Assembly (NCBI RefSeq): GCF_018977255.1
Contig: NW_024704742.1
Span: 98,706,001-98,770,000 of the forward strand
Direction of reading: 5' to 3'
Source: Callorhinchus milii
Lineage: Eukaryota
Length of the DNA: 64,000 nucleotides
Position 1 is the stretch's first letter, and each line of letters opens with the position of its first letter. The translations under genes and the position numbers were made by a program. The notes under the pieces were generated by a model. It saw nothing but the letters and a program-made list of their open reading frames with translations, did no database searches and had not been told where the DNA came from. This document shows, piece by piece, positions 49,771 to 63,084 of this stretch.

Positions 49771-50092
49771 GGAGTCCTGTAGCTCAGTGGTTAGAGCACT
49801 CGCTTTGCAAGCGAGAGACCTGAGTTCAATTCCAGGCAGGGCGAAACCTTGGTCAAGTTTCCTTACTCCACACGCCTAATAATAATCCCTCCAAAAGCAA
49901 AAACAATAATAAATTGGTCAATTTCAATCTACGACTGTTTGTGGGACATTGCTGTGCGCAATTGGCTGCTGCGTTCGCCCACAAATATACAGTCAATTCA
50001 CTTTACAGTGTGTTCTGTGAAGCGCTTTGGGACGTCCTCCTGACATGAAAAGCGCTACATCAAATGCAAGGATTATTATTATTATTATTATT
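49771..50092 (+). mobile_element. Young full-length tRNA-derived SINE
   Basis: GGAGTCCTGTAGCTCAGTGGTTAGAGCACTCGCTTTGCAAGCGAG head (tRNA-Ala-like TGC loop), L2-type tail, (TTA)n. Confidence 0.92.
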
Positions 50093-52127
50093 ATACAGCA
50101 ATACCCCTTAAACAACCACTAAGTGAATGACCAATTCTTAGTTGGGGGTCTATTGGCCAGGAGAAACTCACTTCTCTTGTTGAATAGTGCCATGGGATCT
50201 TTAACGTCCATTTAAACAGGCAGACAAGACTTTAGTTTAATGTCTCATTCGAAGAACGGCACCTCCTGCAAAGCAGCACACTCCAAACACTGCCACTGGA
50301 GTGTCATAAAATGATAATAATAATAAAATCCTTATATTTGCTATAGTGCCTTTCACAACAGGAGGACGTCTGAAGAAGCTTCACAGGATATACTGTACAG
50401 TGGAGTGACTGTACATCTTGTGGGCACATATTCTAGACTATATGAGTTCAAGGTACAGGTGTGAGGTTTGAAACCTACAAATTTCTAACTGAGAGGCAAG
50501 AGTGCTAACAACTGAACAGTGGAGTTTTTATTGTGTCGGTGCTCCATTCAATAATTTGAGCACAACTTGATACTTGTCTGTATATCTATTTGAAGGGGCT
50601 TTACCTTACCTGTGTTCGAGAATGAACTACACTCAGCATCTGCCTAGTTTATTTCCCTTTGCTGCATGCAGAAGTCTCTTTCTGAACTGTATACATGTGA
50701 CTGTACTTATATATGGGGCTTTGAATAGCTATAATAATAGCATTCAGCATCTGAAGGAAATTTATCAGTTTTCGCCAGAGCAGATATTTCTTTTTCGTTC
50801 AACTGAACAACGTCCTGTGAAACATTTTTGCTTTAGGTGTCAGTTTGGCTCATTTGGTAGCATTCTCATGTCTGGGTCAAAAGGTTGTGTTCAAGTCCCA
50901 TGAGCTCACAGTCCAGGTTGGCACTCTATTATAGCACTCCTCCCTCTATCGTTGTGCAATCCTGTTGTGGATAAAACATCAAAAATCAAGGTCCTTTAAA
51001 GATGCCATGACACTATTTGAAGAGCTTGCCTTGGCTATCAATGCTCCAGGTGAATTGCTTGTTCATCTCATAGTTGTTGGTGGAACATGTTTGTTGCAGT
51101 TGCCTGCAATGTACAGTCATTGCAATGGATAGTAATTACCTTTGAAGTACTTTGAGAATTTGCAATATAATAATGCGTTGTTAATAAAATTGATAATAAA
51201 AACATCACTTTTTTTTCAAGAAACTTGTGAGGCATTTGGCAGTTTGCCCTTTGGCTCCCTGTCAGTTTTGTTTCTGACAAAACAATACACTTGTTCTCAT
51301 GCGTGAGAATTACAAAATTGCGTGCGTACACACGAGGTTACCAAGGATTCAATATCACGCACACAGTGGGTCAATCAGATCCTTGTAACACAACTAGGAA
51401 CAGGGACAAGGCACAAGAATGCAATTTCACAATTCTAGTATTTTATGATTGATTATACCGTATTGCACTGAAAATAGAGCAAGTTCCCACCCCCCCCACC
51501 ATTACATTTCACTAAGCTTATATTTGGGACTAACCAAAACCTGCAGGATGTGTGGGCATATCAAGCCCTTAATAACCTCACGTGCATGAATGCAATTTTA
51601 CATTCCCGTACTTGCGTGCAACTGGATTGTTTTGCCAGTAGCAAAAGGTAGGTGTTAACAGAGAGAGAGTCATAGAGAACCAGAGAGAAAAAGAGAGTCA
51701 AAGATTCGGGCAAAGATTTAGAAAGTTGTGGAGAGGGGGAAAGTAGACTTAGAGCGAAAGAAAGGAAAATAAAGATGTGAGAAAGGGTTAGAGAGAAAGA
51801 AAGTCAGGGAAAGAGAAGGGCTGGCAAAGTGTGATTTCTTGAGAACTTTGGAGAATACTCCAAATTGTCAGTGTTTTTTAAATATGGAAAACCTGTTATT
51901 GCTGTTGTTAGGGTTATTATAATGTGCTGTAATATTGTTCTAAAATTATATAAAGTATGTGTTGATTATCTGCACTATAATTACCACATTACATATCTTA
52001 GTTAATATCCTCTACTGTAACTATAACAATTGGAGATGGGATTTGCCTTTTAATTAAAATTGCCTCATATTCAGAACAATATGGCAAATGGACTTGTTTA
52101 CATCTAATTGCATTAAACATAAAAATA

Positions 52128-52417
52128 ATAATAATCATAATCCTTGCATTTTCATGTCTTCTAGACGTCTCAAAGCACTTCACAGAATATAAAGTGAATT
52201 GATTGTATATTTTTGGGCAAAAAGCGGGAGCCAATTACGCACAGTAGTGTCCCACAAACAGTCAGGAATTGAAGTGACCAATTTATTATTGGGTTTTTTT
52301 CTTGAGGGATTATTATTAGGCGTGTAGAGTAAGGAAACCTGCCAAAGGTTTTGCCCTGCCGGGAATTGAACCCAGGTCTCTCGCTTGCGAAGCAAGTGCT
52401 CTGAACACTGAACTACA
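52128..52417 (-). mobile_element. tRNA-derived SINE, short variant
   Basis: Reverse complement of the family consensus. Confidence 0.85.
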
Positions 52418-53524
52418 GTACTGCAACTATGTGCAATATAGATACAGTACGGTGGTGAAAACCCAGAATCAGTTGCTCCAGTAAACATGCACAAAACAGG
52501 AGAAAACAGAACAAAGTTCAAAAAGTCAATGTTAATGGGGAAATTGTGAAGCTTCCCAGAGGCATTCCCATTATAACCAGATCTTTACTTTTGATAATTA
52601 TATAGCAATGTGCTGGCTTGATTCTATTGAAGTTTATGAGCCATCCAAGCTGCCAAAAGAGAACCTGAACTGCCAATTTATATAAATTCACTTTGAATAT
52701 GGAATCCACAGACATGTCTTGAAGCTTTATGTCACTTTTCGTGACAATACTTCACACAGATTTACTACCTGTGTGTTTACCCACACAGTCTGATGCTGAC
52801 ATTCTTCTGGTGTTAGTTTTAGGACTATTGTTTTAAACTATCCCGGAAAGTTGCTAAAAATGGTTTCCAAATTAAGCAACTTAATTTGGAAACCATTTTT
52901 TTCCCTTTTTCTTTTCAAGAATTAATTGTGTCGGACTGGCACTGTTGGATGCACACTTGCCTCTGAGGTGGAATTTTTATGTAATTAAAATGCGAAGCAT
53001 AGACAACGTCCATAATTGTATTTATTCATTGCTACATTGCAATGAAGCTTAAACAACCATTCATTTCACAAAGCGAAATTCAGAAAACAGTTGCATGAAT
53101 TTGTATTAAAATAGGCAAATTTCATGTATAAATTATTTGCATAAAAAGTTGTACAATAATATTTGCTACAAACGTCTGCTCACATCGTTGGATAGCATTG
53201 TCTTTTCTATATTATTTATAATAAAATAATTACGGTAATTTTTTTGTATTAACAAATTATATGAAACTGCAAAAAGGTAAGTTTGAATGCAAAATCTGCA
53301 ATAGTATTTTATTTAATCCTACATCCCATGATTCCATAATAAAATACAATACATGTTACCAGTGTATAAAGTCGTTTAAGTATTGTTGCAATTAACATGA
53401 GTTTTATGTTCATGCCACAAAGCATAATAAATCAAATCACAAATGCCAAGGTTGATGATTATAATACCAACACAAGAATATCATAATTGTATCCTTTGAT
53501 AAGCATCTGCCACTAACCAGGCAG

Positions 53525-53915
53525 TTTCCTCACCTTCAAAGCCCTCCATGGCCTTGCTCCTTCTACCTCTGCGACTTTCTAACCCCCTACCATCCTGCCC
53601 GATACCTCCGCTCAGCGGGCTCCGGCCTGCTTCACGTCCCCTGCCTCGCCCGCCTTGCCATTCTGTCCCTATCCTCTGGAACTCCATCCCACAGTCCCTC
53701 CACTTCGCCCCCTCCCTTGCCACCTTCAAGACCCATCTCAAGACCCTCATCTTCAACCGTGCTTTCAATCTCCCTGCTTACCCCCCCACTGCCCTCCACC
53801 CTCCCCAATCCCGCCCCCAGCTCAGGTCCAAAACATTGTCTGTCCAGCGCCTTGGGTCATCCTCCCGAAATGAAAGGCACTTTACAAATGGAATTTCATT
53901 GTTGTTATTGTTGTT
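53525..53915 (+). mobile_element. L2 LINE 3' end
   Basis: [21 protein letters not shown] block and tail. Confidence 0.85.
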
Positions 53916-54047
53916 TCCTATACTACAAGACAGCTGACCTTTGGGTTATTAGGTCACTTGCTGCATGTTGCATACAAGCACGCTATAAGCAGGAATCACC
54001 ATTAGCGTCCACTCCTGCATGATACACATGGGCAGCTTTGCGCTTAT

Positions 54048-54640
54048 AATAATAATAATAATTGCATTTGATATAGCCCCATAGCACATAGTTGAGACAT
54101 CTCAAAGTGTTTCACATATATATTGTGGATTGACTGTGTAATTTGTGGGCAAAATATGGCAGCCAATTGCGCACAGCAGTGTCACACAAACAAGTCATGG
54201 TTTGAGTGACAATTTTTTTTGTTAAAACAACAATTTACACTATTGATATTTATATTGTGACTAACAATCTCATTGACAAAACTAATCTTAGAACTATCTC
54301 TAACAGAGTGACAACATTGTTCCACAACATTGTTGTATCTCTGTGAAATAATTGTTTCTCACAGAAAAGATAATAGTAATGATAATAATCCTTGCATTTG
54401 ATATAACTCTTTTCATGTCTTCTAAACATCTCAAAGCGCCACAGAATATACTGTAAAGTGAATTGACTGTATATTTGTGGGCAAAACACGGCAGCCAATT
54501 GCACACAGCAGTGTCTCACAAACAGTTGTGGATTGAGTGACCAAATTATTATTATTATTTTTTTTCTTGAGGGATTATTATCAGGCATGTGGAGTAAGGA
54601 AACTTGCGCGGCTAGTGCTCTAACTGAGCTACAGGACTCC
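54048..54640 (-). mobile_element. Two SINE copies (54048-54210 and 54375-54640)
   Basis: Family tail and body on the - strand, in the probable CYP1D1 3' region. Confidence 0.8.
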
Positions 54641-54754
54641 CGAGTTTAAAGATAGAGTTTAATTGCAACTTCTGGTTAGATTGGAAATCAAACCAGTGAC
54701 CTTCTGATTTCTGTGATGTGCTTACTGATTAAGGCATCAGAGGAATGTCCCAGT

Positions 54755-54760
54755 TTTATT
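54755..54760 (-). terminator. Candidate proximal polyadenylation signal of CYP1D1
   Basis: AATAAA on the - strand about 135 nt after the stop; other AATAAA hexamers occur further downstream. Confidence 0.35.
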
Positions 54761-54892
54761 TTAAAAAATATACAGTTTTAAATGAAAGGAATACAAACTC
54801 CTGTTTTAAATTATCTGGATGGCATTATTAGTGACACATCTTGGTATAAGTAGTAATCTGCAAGTATGGCTAAAGTGATATATCAGGTCCCA

Positions 54893-55175
54893 CTATATGC
54901 GTGGAGACACAATAATCTTGTAAGATTTGGGTTTCATTGTGAGTCCATAATTTGGAGTCAGATCAAGTTTCTGGTCAGGCAGGTTCTCAATCTTCAGCTG
55001 GTGCAACAAACTAGTTAAAAAGATAAACATCTCTAAGCGTGCAATGTTCTCACCAAGACATCTCCTCATACCCATCCCAAACATCATGACTTTCTCAGTC
55101 ACATCCTTATTGAGCCCTCCTCTTTCATCCAGAAACCTTTGAGGAATGAATGATCCTGCATCCTGCCACAGTGTC
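54893..55175 (-). CDS. CYP1D1: CYP1D1 terminal exon (heme-binding)
   Basis: ttttag| [15 protein letters not shown]...[22 protein letters not shown]...SPRI*. Confidence 0.92.
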
Positions 55176-58100
55176 CTAAAAAAGACAAAGAGCTTCACTA
55201 TCAAAATGCAATGAGTTATAAGAGAGAAAGAAATAATCAGGATCCCGCTCAATATTTATTGATCCATGTTTGAAAATGTGCCTTAGTGGTGTTAGATGAG
55301 AACGAGATTGGGTTTGTCTGTAATGGTGTCCATGGCTAAATAACCTGCCAACATTCAATAATAATATACTAATCAATAATAATCCTTGCATTTGGTATCG
55401 CAAGATCTTAGAACCATAGAAATGCATAGCACAGAAGAAGGGCATTTGATCCATTGTCTCTGTGCCTGCTCATTCAAGAGCAATCCTTTCAGTCCCACTT
55501 ACCTACCCTTTCCCCATTACCCTGTAGCTGACTCTTTTTAAGGTATTTAGCTAGTTCCCTCTTGAAGGCCAATATGGATTCTGCCTCAACCATTGCTCCT
55601 GGTAGGCCATTCCATATCCTAACTGATCTTGCGTGAAAATACTCTTAAGCTCCCATTTGCCCATTTACTATGTTAAATTGGGATGTCCTCCTGACGTGAA
55701 AGGTGCTTTACAAATGTAATTTTGTTGTTGTTAAATTGATGCCCTCAAATTACTGACTCATCGACCAGTGGAAATACTTTCTCTCTATTTATTCTATCAA
55801 AACTCCTCATAATTTTAAAGATCTCTATCAGGTCTTTCAGCTCAACTATCTTTGTTCTAGCACAAAAAAGCCTTGTTCCTCCAGTATCCATCTCAAAGCC
55901 CTTCACAGGGTATACTGTAAAGTGGTGTGGCTGTTTGTTTTGTGGGCAAACTCAATATTTAGATTGATACATGAGGAATAGTTACTTTAGAAGGTACCAG
56001 AGGGTCAGAATCTGTGGAACTGTACCTCATCGAGAGTCAGCAACTTCAGGAAAGGAGAAAAGTAACGCAAGACTTGCCTCCCTTTCCTCCCAAAACAAGT
56101 AAACTACATGATGAATAGCAATCTTCAACTTGGAGAATTGCCAACAGAAAATGTCATTATAATACCAATAACAATGTTAGTGCCAAAAGTCTAAGTTGTA
56201 AGATAACCTCAACAATTTATCATTTGTTTTACCAATTTTCCGCCAGTTGTACAGAAAGTATAATGATATAATTCCATTGCAGTTATTATATCATACTCTT
56301 CTTGTTTGTTTTGCGTTTTGTTACTGTTCTTTCAAATTGCAATAGTTGTCTAGCATATTGATAAAATCATAGAAATTTACAGCACAGAAGGAGACCGTTC
56401 AGCCCATCGAGTCTGCACTGGCTCTCAGAGCAAGATGTTCATTCAATCACTCTGCTCTGCCTTATCCCCATAACCCTTTAAGTCTCTTTCTATATCTGTC
56501 AGCTACCCTCCTGAAACTCAAAATGGGCTCTGCCTTTACCACCTTACTCAACAGGACATTCCACATCCCCAAATCTCTGAGTGAAACAAATTCTCCTAAA
56601 CTCTCCTTTTGCTCTTCTCTTGACTATTTTATAGCTATGGCCCTTTAGTCACTGTCTTTCCAATTAGCGGAGTTATGCAATTGTATATTCTCCATAACAT
56701 TTCATGCAAAGAAGTTTTATATGTAATTATGTNAAAAACAGAATAACAATAACTTGCCAATAAAAAGACAGAGTTTGTTTTTAATCTCTCATAATACACA
56801 AAATACTCACTCATCATGATTAACCTGATATTGGTTTATGAAGACACAAGTATCCTTGGGGATAAAATAGCCATTAAGCGTTGTGCTGGCTGTTGTGCTG
56901 TAAGATAAATCAATACAATTATATTGCATGTATTTTCCAGAACAACTGAAAAGAGATTAACCATAAGACTATTGTCCCCTAAGTGCTAACTGGAGCACAA
57001 CATCATAAATCTGGCATGTATTATACTTTTTTAAAATTTGTCCCATACTTTCATTGCCTAAAAGGATGTGGACAAAAAATGGCTACAGAAGTTAAATGAC
57101 TTAAACTTGATGAAATTTCCTCATTGTGCTTCTTTCTTCAGGGGAAGTACATTGCCCTTATGGTCAGAGATATCACGGGTAGCGCAACTTAGATTGCCAA
57201 CTCAATTACTCTGTTTTGAACTGTTATTCTGCTCATAGCAGAATACATCTTGTTTCCAGAGATATAATCACAGAATCTTTACACCGCAAAAGGATCACAT
57301 TGAGGGTTCAGTTGCCAAGTAACATGACAGTGAAGTTCTAGTGGTTTATCATATCAACTACATCTTTCCACTGAATTACTGCATTGCAATCTCATTGCCA
57401 GTCATGTGTGCATTTCTCACTTATCTAACTCCAAACATAAAAATAAAGGAGGATCCTATTAAATAACAAAGGGGGCTGAGTTAACCCTTCCTTGAAACTT
57501 ACCAATGAGGAATTGTGAATGGCATATAAGTCGTGTGTCTGAACACTTCATTGATGAAGGCTTCAGTGAAAGGCAACAATGTTCTGTCCTCAAACCTCGG
57601 CAATCTACTTTGTCCAACTTTTTCATCTGCAAATATATATTTACTTATATCCTGACTTACAAATGAATGTGCATACAAAATTCAGACTGTAACATTTCAA
57701 GCTGCAATTTTCTACATGATCCCAGAAACAATAAAAATAAACAAAAGGAGAGAAAATGTGGCAATTTGTAAGAGATCCAAAATAATTATCATATTGAATC
57801 TTTTAAAAATGGTAACATTTCAATCAGTAATTATTGACTGGCTTCAGATCTGAATACCCTCACGATTGTGACACAATAATTTGTTCCATAGAAGCTTTTG
57901 AAATTGACTGATTGCCATCTTGGATCAGCGTGTCGTGAGAGTGGATTGACTGTATATTTTGTGGGCGAAATGACAACCCCTGTATGCTATTCCTCTAACA
58001 TGCAGCATAGAGAACAGGTTATTTTTGTTACAGTATTGCTGTAGGTTTGTGTGCTCGCCGCATTTTTGGCAAGAAAAGAAAATAGATTAACAATGCCGGC

Positions 58101-59700
58101 TGATGACATTGTACATGATGTTTAATTATGAAAATTATTGCAATTTTGATCAGCTAATAGCCTATATATTAGTGTTTTAGATGTATTGCTACAACATTAA
58201 TTGTCAGCAACTAGGAGTTTGAGCTCACAATCTAGTTTAGCAACCCAGGAGCTGGGTAGCGCTGAAATGTCAAAGGTGCTATCCCTCGGTTGAGATGTTG
58301 ATTTGGAGTCCTTCTACCTGTTCAGATGGGTGTTAAAGATACCATGGCATGACTCAAAAAGAGTTTCCTTAATAATAATAATAATCCTTGCATTTGTTAT
58401 AGCGCTTTTCACGTCGGGAGGATGTCCCAAAGCGCTTCACAGAACACACTGTAAAGTGAATTGACTGTATATTTGTGGGCGAACGCGGCAGCCAATTGCA
58501 CACAGCAATGTCCCACAAACAGTCGTAGATTGAAAATGACCAATTTATTATTGTTTTTGGTTTTGGAGGGATTATTATTAGGCTCTGTGTGGAGTAAGGA
58601 AACTTGCCCAAGGTTTCGCCCCTACCTGGAATTGAACTCAGGTCTCTCGCTTGCAAAGCGAGTGCTCTAACCACTGAGCTACAGGACTCCACTTGGTGTC
58701 CTGATCAACAATATTCCAGATAAAACTGGTCATTCACTTCATGGCTGGTTAAGGTACATTGCTGCGTGCCAATTGGCTGTCACATTCGCCTACAAAATAC
58801 ACAGCTACAATACAGTAAAATCCTGTGAAGCCCCTTAATATGCTTCAACTATGTGATAAGGCACTGTATCAAATGCAAGGATTATTATAACTAAGATCAT
58901 ATGTGCATAGGCATTCCAGAACTAAAACACTACAATCTATCTAATTTTCTTCAACCACACATTTTTTACTAAACCTCACTGTATAACTAATAAACTTAGT
59001 TTTATTATTTCTTGAAGACATTTTGCTATACTGCAAGGTTCCATACTCTACACTTTTGTGTGTGTTTGTGTTTCTGACAGTGAGCGATTATTTGATAAAC
59101 TGTCACTATGCGTGTCAAATTTGCCTACAAACACGCAATCACTACATGTAACAGTAAGAATCCCATGAAGCACTTTGAAATGTTTCAACAGCATGATAGT
59201 GCACTATATCAAATGCAAGGATGGTGATTATTATTATAAATTCTGGTTACCTTTATGCACTGGTCCCAATTCTAACAGCAAGTTAAAAGCTATGCGCAAT
59301 TGGCTGCTACATTTCGCCCACATAATATACAGCCAATTCACTTTCCAATATATTCTGTGAACCACTTTGAGATGTCTCAAGGGCATGATAAGGTACTATA
59401 TCAAATGTAAGGCATATTATTATTGAATAAACTCAGAATGTCTAGATATCTTATGTTGGGCATGGTCTAAATATTTTATGTGTGTTAGGTACAGGAAATT
59501 TTTATTCTGTCATCTGGATTGGATTTGAATGCTGGCCCCAAATTTACAGCATCCAATCCCCCTGCAGTTCCACAGAATCATTTTCTGTCTCACTCTGTTA
59601 TTGTCTTTACCTATTTCTTGTTGGATTCTTGTTTGGAATTCAGGATACTGTATAAGGTAAAGCAAGCACCACTGCAAACCAGTTATGATTGTATCAAAGC
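54893..59700 (-). CDS. CYP1D1: Cytochrome P450 1D1, 3' four exons; the 5' exons lie beyond the window end
   Basis: Exons 59611-59700 (90 nt), 57503-57626 (124), 56811-56897 (87) and 54893-55175 match the 90/124/87 pattern of CYP1A/1D genes. Motifs: I-helix [21 protein letters not shown] (ExxR), PFTIPH, PQRF and heme motif [20 protein letters not shown] and TEKVM.FGMG.RRCLG are CYP1D-like rather than CYP1A-like. Confidence 0.85.
55410..55885 (-). mobile_element. CR1 LINE 3' fragment; another copy at 56365-56630
   Basis: CATAGAA...ACAGCACAGAAG.AG.CCATT CR1 3' end and a DLIEIFKI motif. Confidence 0.75.
56811..56897 (-). CDS. CYP1D1: CYP1D1 exon
   Basis: ttacag| [30 protein letters not shown]|gtgagt. 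Confidence 0.9.
57503..57626 (-). CDS. CYP1D1: CYP1D1 exon (K-helix)
   Basis: ttgcag| [42 protein letters not shown]|gtaagt. Confidence 0.9.
58369..58690 (-). mobile_element. Young full-length SINE nested in an older DeuSINE (~58200-58890, + strand)
   Basis: Near-identical to 49771-50092; the host reads GAGTTTCCT|GGTGTCCTG across the insertion. Confidence 0.9.
59611..59700 (-). CDS. CYP1D1: CYP1D1 exon (I-helix)
   Basis: ttgcag| (G)[30 protein letters not shown]|gtaaag. Confidence 0.9.
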
Positions 59701-61819
59701 CTGCAAATGAAAGAAAGATAAATTAATATCATAGAATATGTGTGTATTAAATGACATTTTGTTTCAAAAACAATTACGTCTCCTTGAAAACACCCACTTT
59801 TGTCTGCCCTTGGTGTAAATCAGAATCAGAATTGAATAGTCATTATTATTATTATGATACATTGTGAGGTGCACAAAACTTGAATTCTGGGAAGGAGGCT
59901 TTTATGTTTAGGAACAATGTAATCTGAAGAATAGTTTGCTGCAAGGTTAGCCAATGGGATTGAAAAGGTAAACCCAAATCAATACTTCAGGATGCAGTGG
60001 AACAAGTGGACATTGGTTTAGAGTTGTAATGGGTAATTTTAGGTCAGTTACCAGGACGATTTCTTTACTCAGAGGGCAATTAGTGACTGGAACAAGTTGT
60101 CAGGAAGGCAGTTGAGGTCAGGACACTGGACTCATTTATAAAGCAGGTTGGTGCTGTGATGGGGGGATAAGGTAGGTATACTGGAAGGATAAGGTCGGAT
60201 CATGGGTTGTCTTTATCCAAACCAATCTTGTGATCTTTCAATGTATGTAAAAGAATGAGAATTGTAGGAATTTGCCACCTCTGATGCTATACTGATAAAA
60301 TCATATCTCTTGTCTTATGAAGAATAAGAGTGGAGAACATTTACCTTACACTGCAGCATGAAAAGGCATCATATGCTTTATAAGTCTGTTTTGTCTTAAA
60401 ATATAAGGTTATGCAGAATAGTGAATTATTCTTAAATTCAGTCTTAATTTGAAAGCCAAGGTCATGGATTTCTTGCTATGATTGTGCTGAATTTGCTGCT
60501 GGGATTATGTGGAGCAGGGTACAAATACTATAAGAAAAGACAATAGACGATAACAACAAAAAACATAAACCATTGCAACAGTGCTTTCACTTGATCTTTG
60601 TTTTGTTTGATTCAGTGCTATCAAATTGTAATAATAATAATCCTTGCATTTGATATAGCACTTTTTATGTCATCTAGACATCTCAAAGCGCTTCACAGAA
60701 TATATTGTAAAGTGAATTGGCTGTATGTTTGTGGGCAACCAATTGCGCACAGCAGTGTTCTTCATTAGTTTAACTTCCCTTATTTAAGGGGAAGTGTAAT
60801 GTCAATACAAGCAATGCTAACTGCAAACATAAATTGTGTTTAGTTACTTCCCTCCCTTCCAATCTGACCCCTGTTATAAACATAATGCTCTGGGTCTATC
60901 AGCTCAGACCCCTAAGTTAAAACAATTTTTTTTTTAAAAATGACTGAAATGCGAGTTGTCAGATCACCTCTGATGCAATATACAGTAAGTGACATCAGGG
61001 GCAACCTGATGACCTTGAAGGTTGCCTTTTATTATTGTGAGAAGTCAATTAATCAGTGCTGTAATTCAGGTGTACTGCACTTCCTGTATAGCGCCACAGT
61101 ACATCGGTCCTCTCAGCAGACCTTGGTATTCCAGTGAGGCCACCTGGTATTTTTGTTAAAATCTATGTTGACCAGTGGTGGCCATCTATGGGCCGTGGGC
61201 CAGAAGTGCCCTGCGGGGCGGTCAAGAAGCAGCCCCCAAACATTCGCACAAGTCTAGGTAAGACCATGTTCAATCAGTTGGGTTTTAATTTTCTTGATTT
61301 ATGGCAAACATCAAAACAAAATTCAATCAAGAAAATGTATTTTGTTGGCCGACCGAAAAGGTTATTTAGCAAATTTAGTGAGTAGAGATTAATAACAAGG
61401 AAAAAGTTAATAAAAACACTCTTCCCGAGCCAGCAACCAGAACTACATTATTGGTTGGATTTAAATGTTGCTGTTGAAGAGGTTGGGCTAGTGATATAAG
61501 TACTTAATTATTGCTCAAAATGCGAAAACATGTCCTAGCTAGTACTGAGACTTTGGCTTGTGTTACCAAGATCAATGTTAAGGAACAAATCAGTGGCAAA
61601 ACCTATTCATCTGAACAGCAATTGGCTGGAGGGAGATGGCTGGATCTCTTATCTTAGCTGCTTTCAGACTTGAGGAAATATGAATACCTTCCCTCAGAAA
61701 AGACTTCCAAAAAGCATTTGGCAAAGGATCACATAAGAGACTTTCTTGCAAGCTGATATCACTCAGTATGAAGGGGAAAGACTTAAACATCCATTTGAAA
61801 TTGAATGAAGGGAGGTGGC

Positions 61820-62590
61820 AGAAGGTAGTTGTTACAGGAGGTAGTTAAAATGTGGGAGGTATTAAATGCCTCAGGGGTTTATATTGGGATCTCTCCTATT
61901 TGTGATATACGTAAAAACAAACTGGATTCACAGATTCAGTGTAAGGTAGTTACATTAACAGATGACACAAGTCAGGGTGAACTGTGGAATCGGAGGAGGC
62001 AGCTAAGATCTGACAAAGAGAGCTGACAGGATGTGCACGGACAGATGAGTTCAATACAGGCTACTGCATATACAAAGTAAAATTAGGAGGTACACATGCT
62101 CCATGGATAGGATGGAATGAGCCAAGAGAGGAGGCTGAAAGAGACTCAACTGAAAGAGGATCTACTGTTAGTAGATTCATCAATCACCATGTCAAAACAG
62201 TGTGAGGCAGCAATAAACAAGGCAAACAAATGAGGACTCTTTAGTCTTGAAATGAGGCAACTCAGTGGAGACCTTATGAAGGTAAATAACATTATAAAAG
62301 AGATTGTAAGTAAACCTACGAATACCAGGATGCACCAAGGCAGTAGAACAAGAGGACTCAGGTTGAGGGTTGCAAAGATCAATTTCAGGATAGGCACCAG
62401 GAAGGATTTCTTTCCCCAGAGGATAATTAATAGGTGGAATAGGTTGTGAGGAAGGCTGGTTGAAGCCGGAACACTGGAATCATTTAATAAACAGGCTGTG
62501 ATGTGATGGGAAAATGTAGGGTGAGTGTTCTGTAAGGATGAGATCAATTGGGTGAAGCGCCTTCTTCATCCAAACCAATCTTGTGATCTT
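61820..62590 (+). mobile_element. CR1 LINE fragments; related 3' ends at 59980-60235 and 27570-27695
   Basis: ADDT-like motif, SRTRGLRL, FFPQRIINRWNRL, and a tail CATCCAAACCAATCTTGTGATCTT. Confidence 0.8.
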
Positions 62591-63084
62591 ATACATGAGA
62601 CAATACATTTTGGAAGGACAAGCATAAATAAGATTTGGAGGAAAGAGGAACAATTGTTCAACAGGAGGTTATGGGAGGATTTCATCAATGAGAAGCATTG
62701 GTCTTTCTTGTTGCATTTAATGCCATCATGATATGGCGACAAGTAGAACTATCAGAAAGCTAATATTGCTTATTGCAAGAGTCCCCCACATTAATCATGA
62801 AGTACATGGGTGAAATGGGCTGTATTATGTGCCGATCATGGAAAATTGTTATTTGTTAACAATATGATTTTCTGTTCTGAACAAGTAATTCAAAGATCTA
62901 GTTCTACACTAACTGCCTTTGATACTCCATATTGTTTTTGTTCCAATAGTGATAAAAAGTGATCAGTAAAATCAATCTCCGAATTAATTTAATAAAAGAT
63001 CCACAAATCGTGCCATGTTACTTTGATAGTACCTTGAGGTGTCCTCCTGCTGTGAACGGTGTTATATAAATGTAAAATGAGGTG

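Noticed and set aside
49771..49845. tRNA-Ala-like sequence (also at 29650, 46993, 58620)
   Set aside because: These are SINE heads: the acceptor stem is not intact and the sequence continues into the SINE body.
51660..51820. GA-rich purine tract
   Set aside because: Ordinary low-complexity sequence.
56733..56733. Ambiguous base N
   Set aside because: Assembly ambiguity in an intron; it only cautions that single-base lesions elsewhere need read checks.
58369..58692. Repeated small ORF family [14 protein letters not shown]...CKDYYYY
   Set aside because: Incidental translation of SINE copies, with frames broken in most copies.
61010..61018. TGACCTTGA (SF-1/ERR-type half-site) in a CYP1D1 intron
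   Set aside because: A single 9-mer is near chance expectation in 64 kb.
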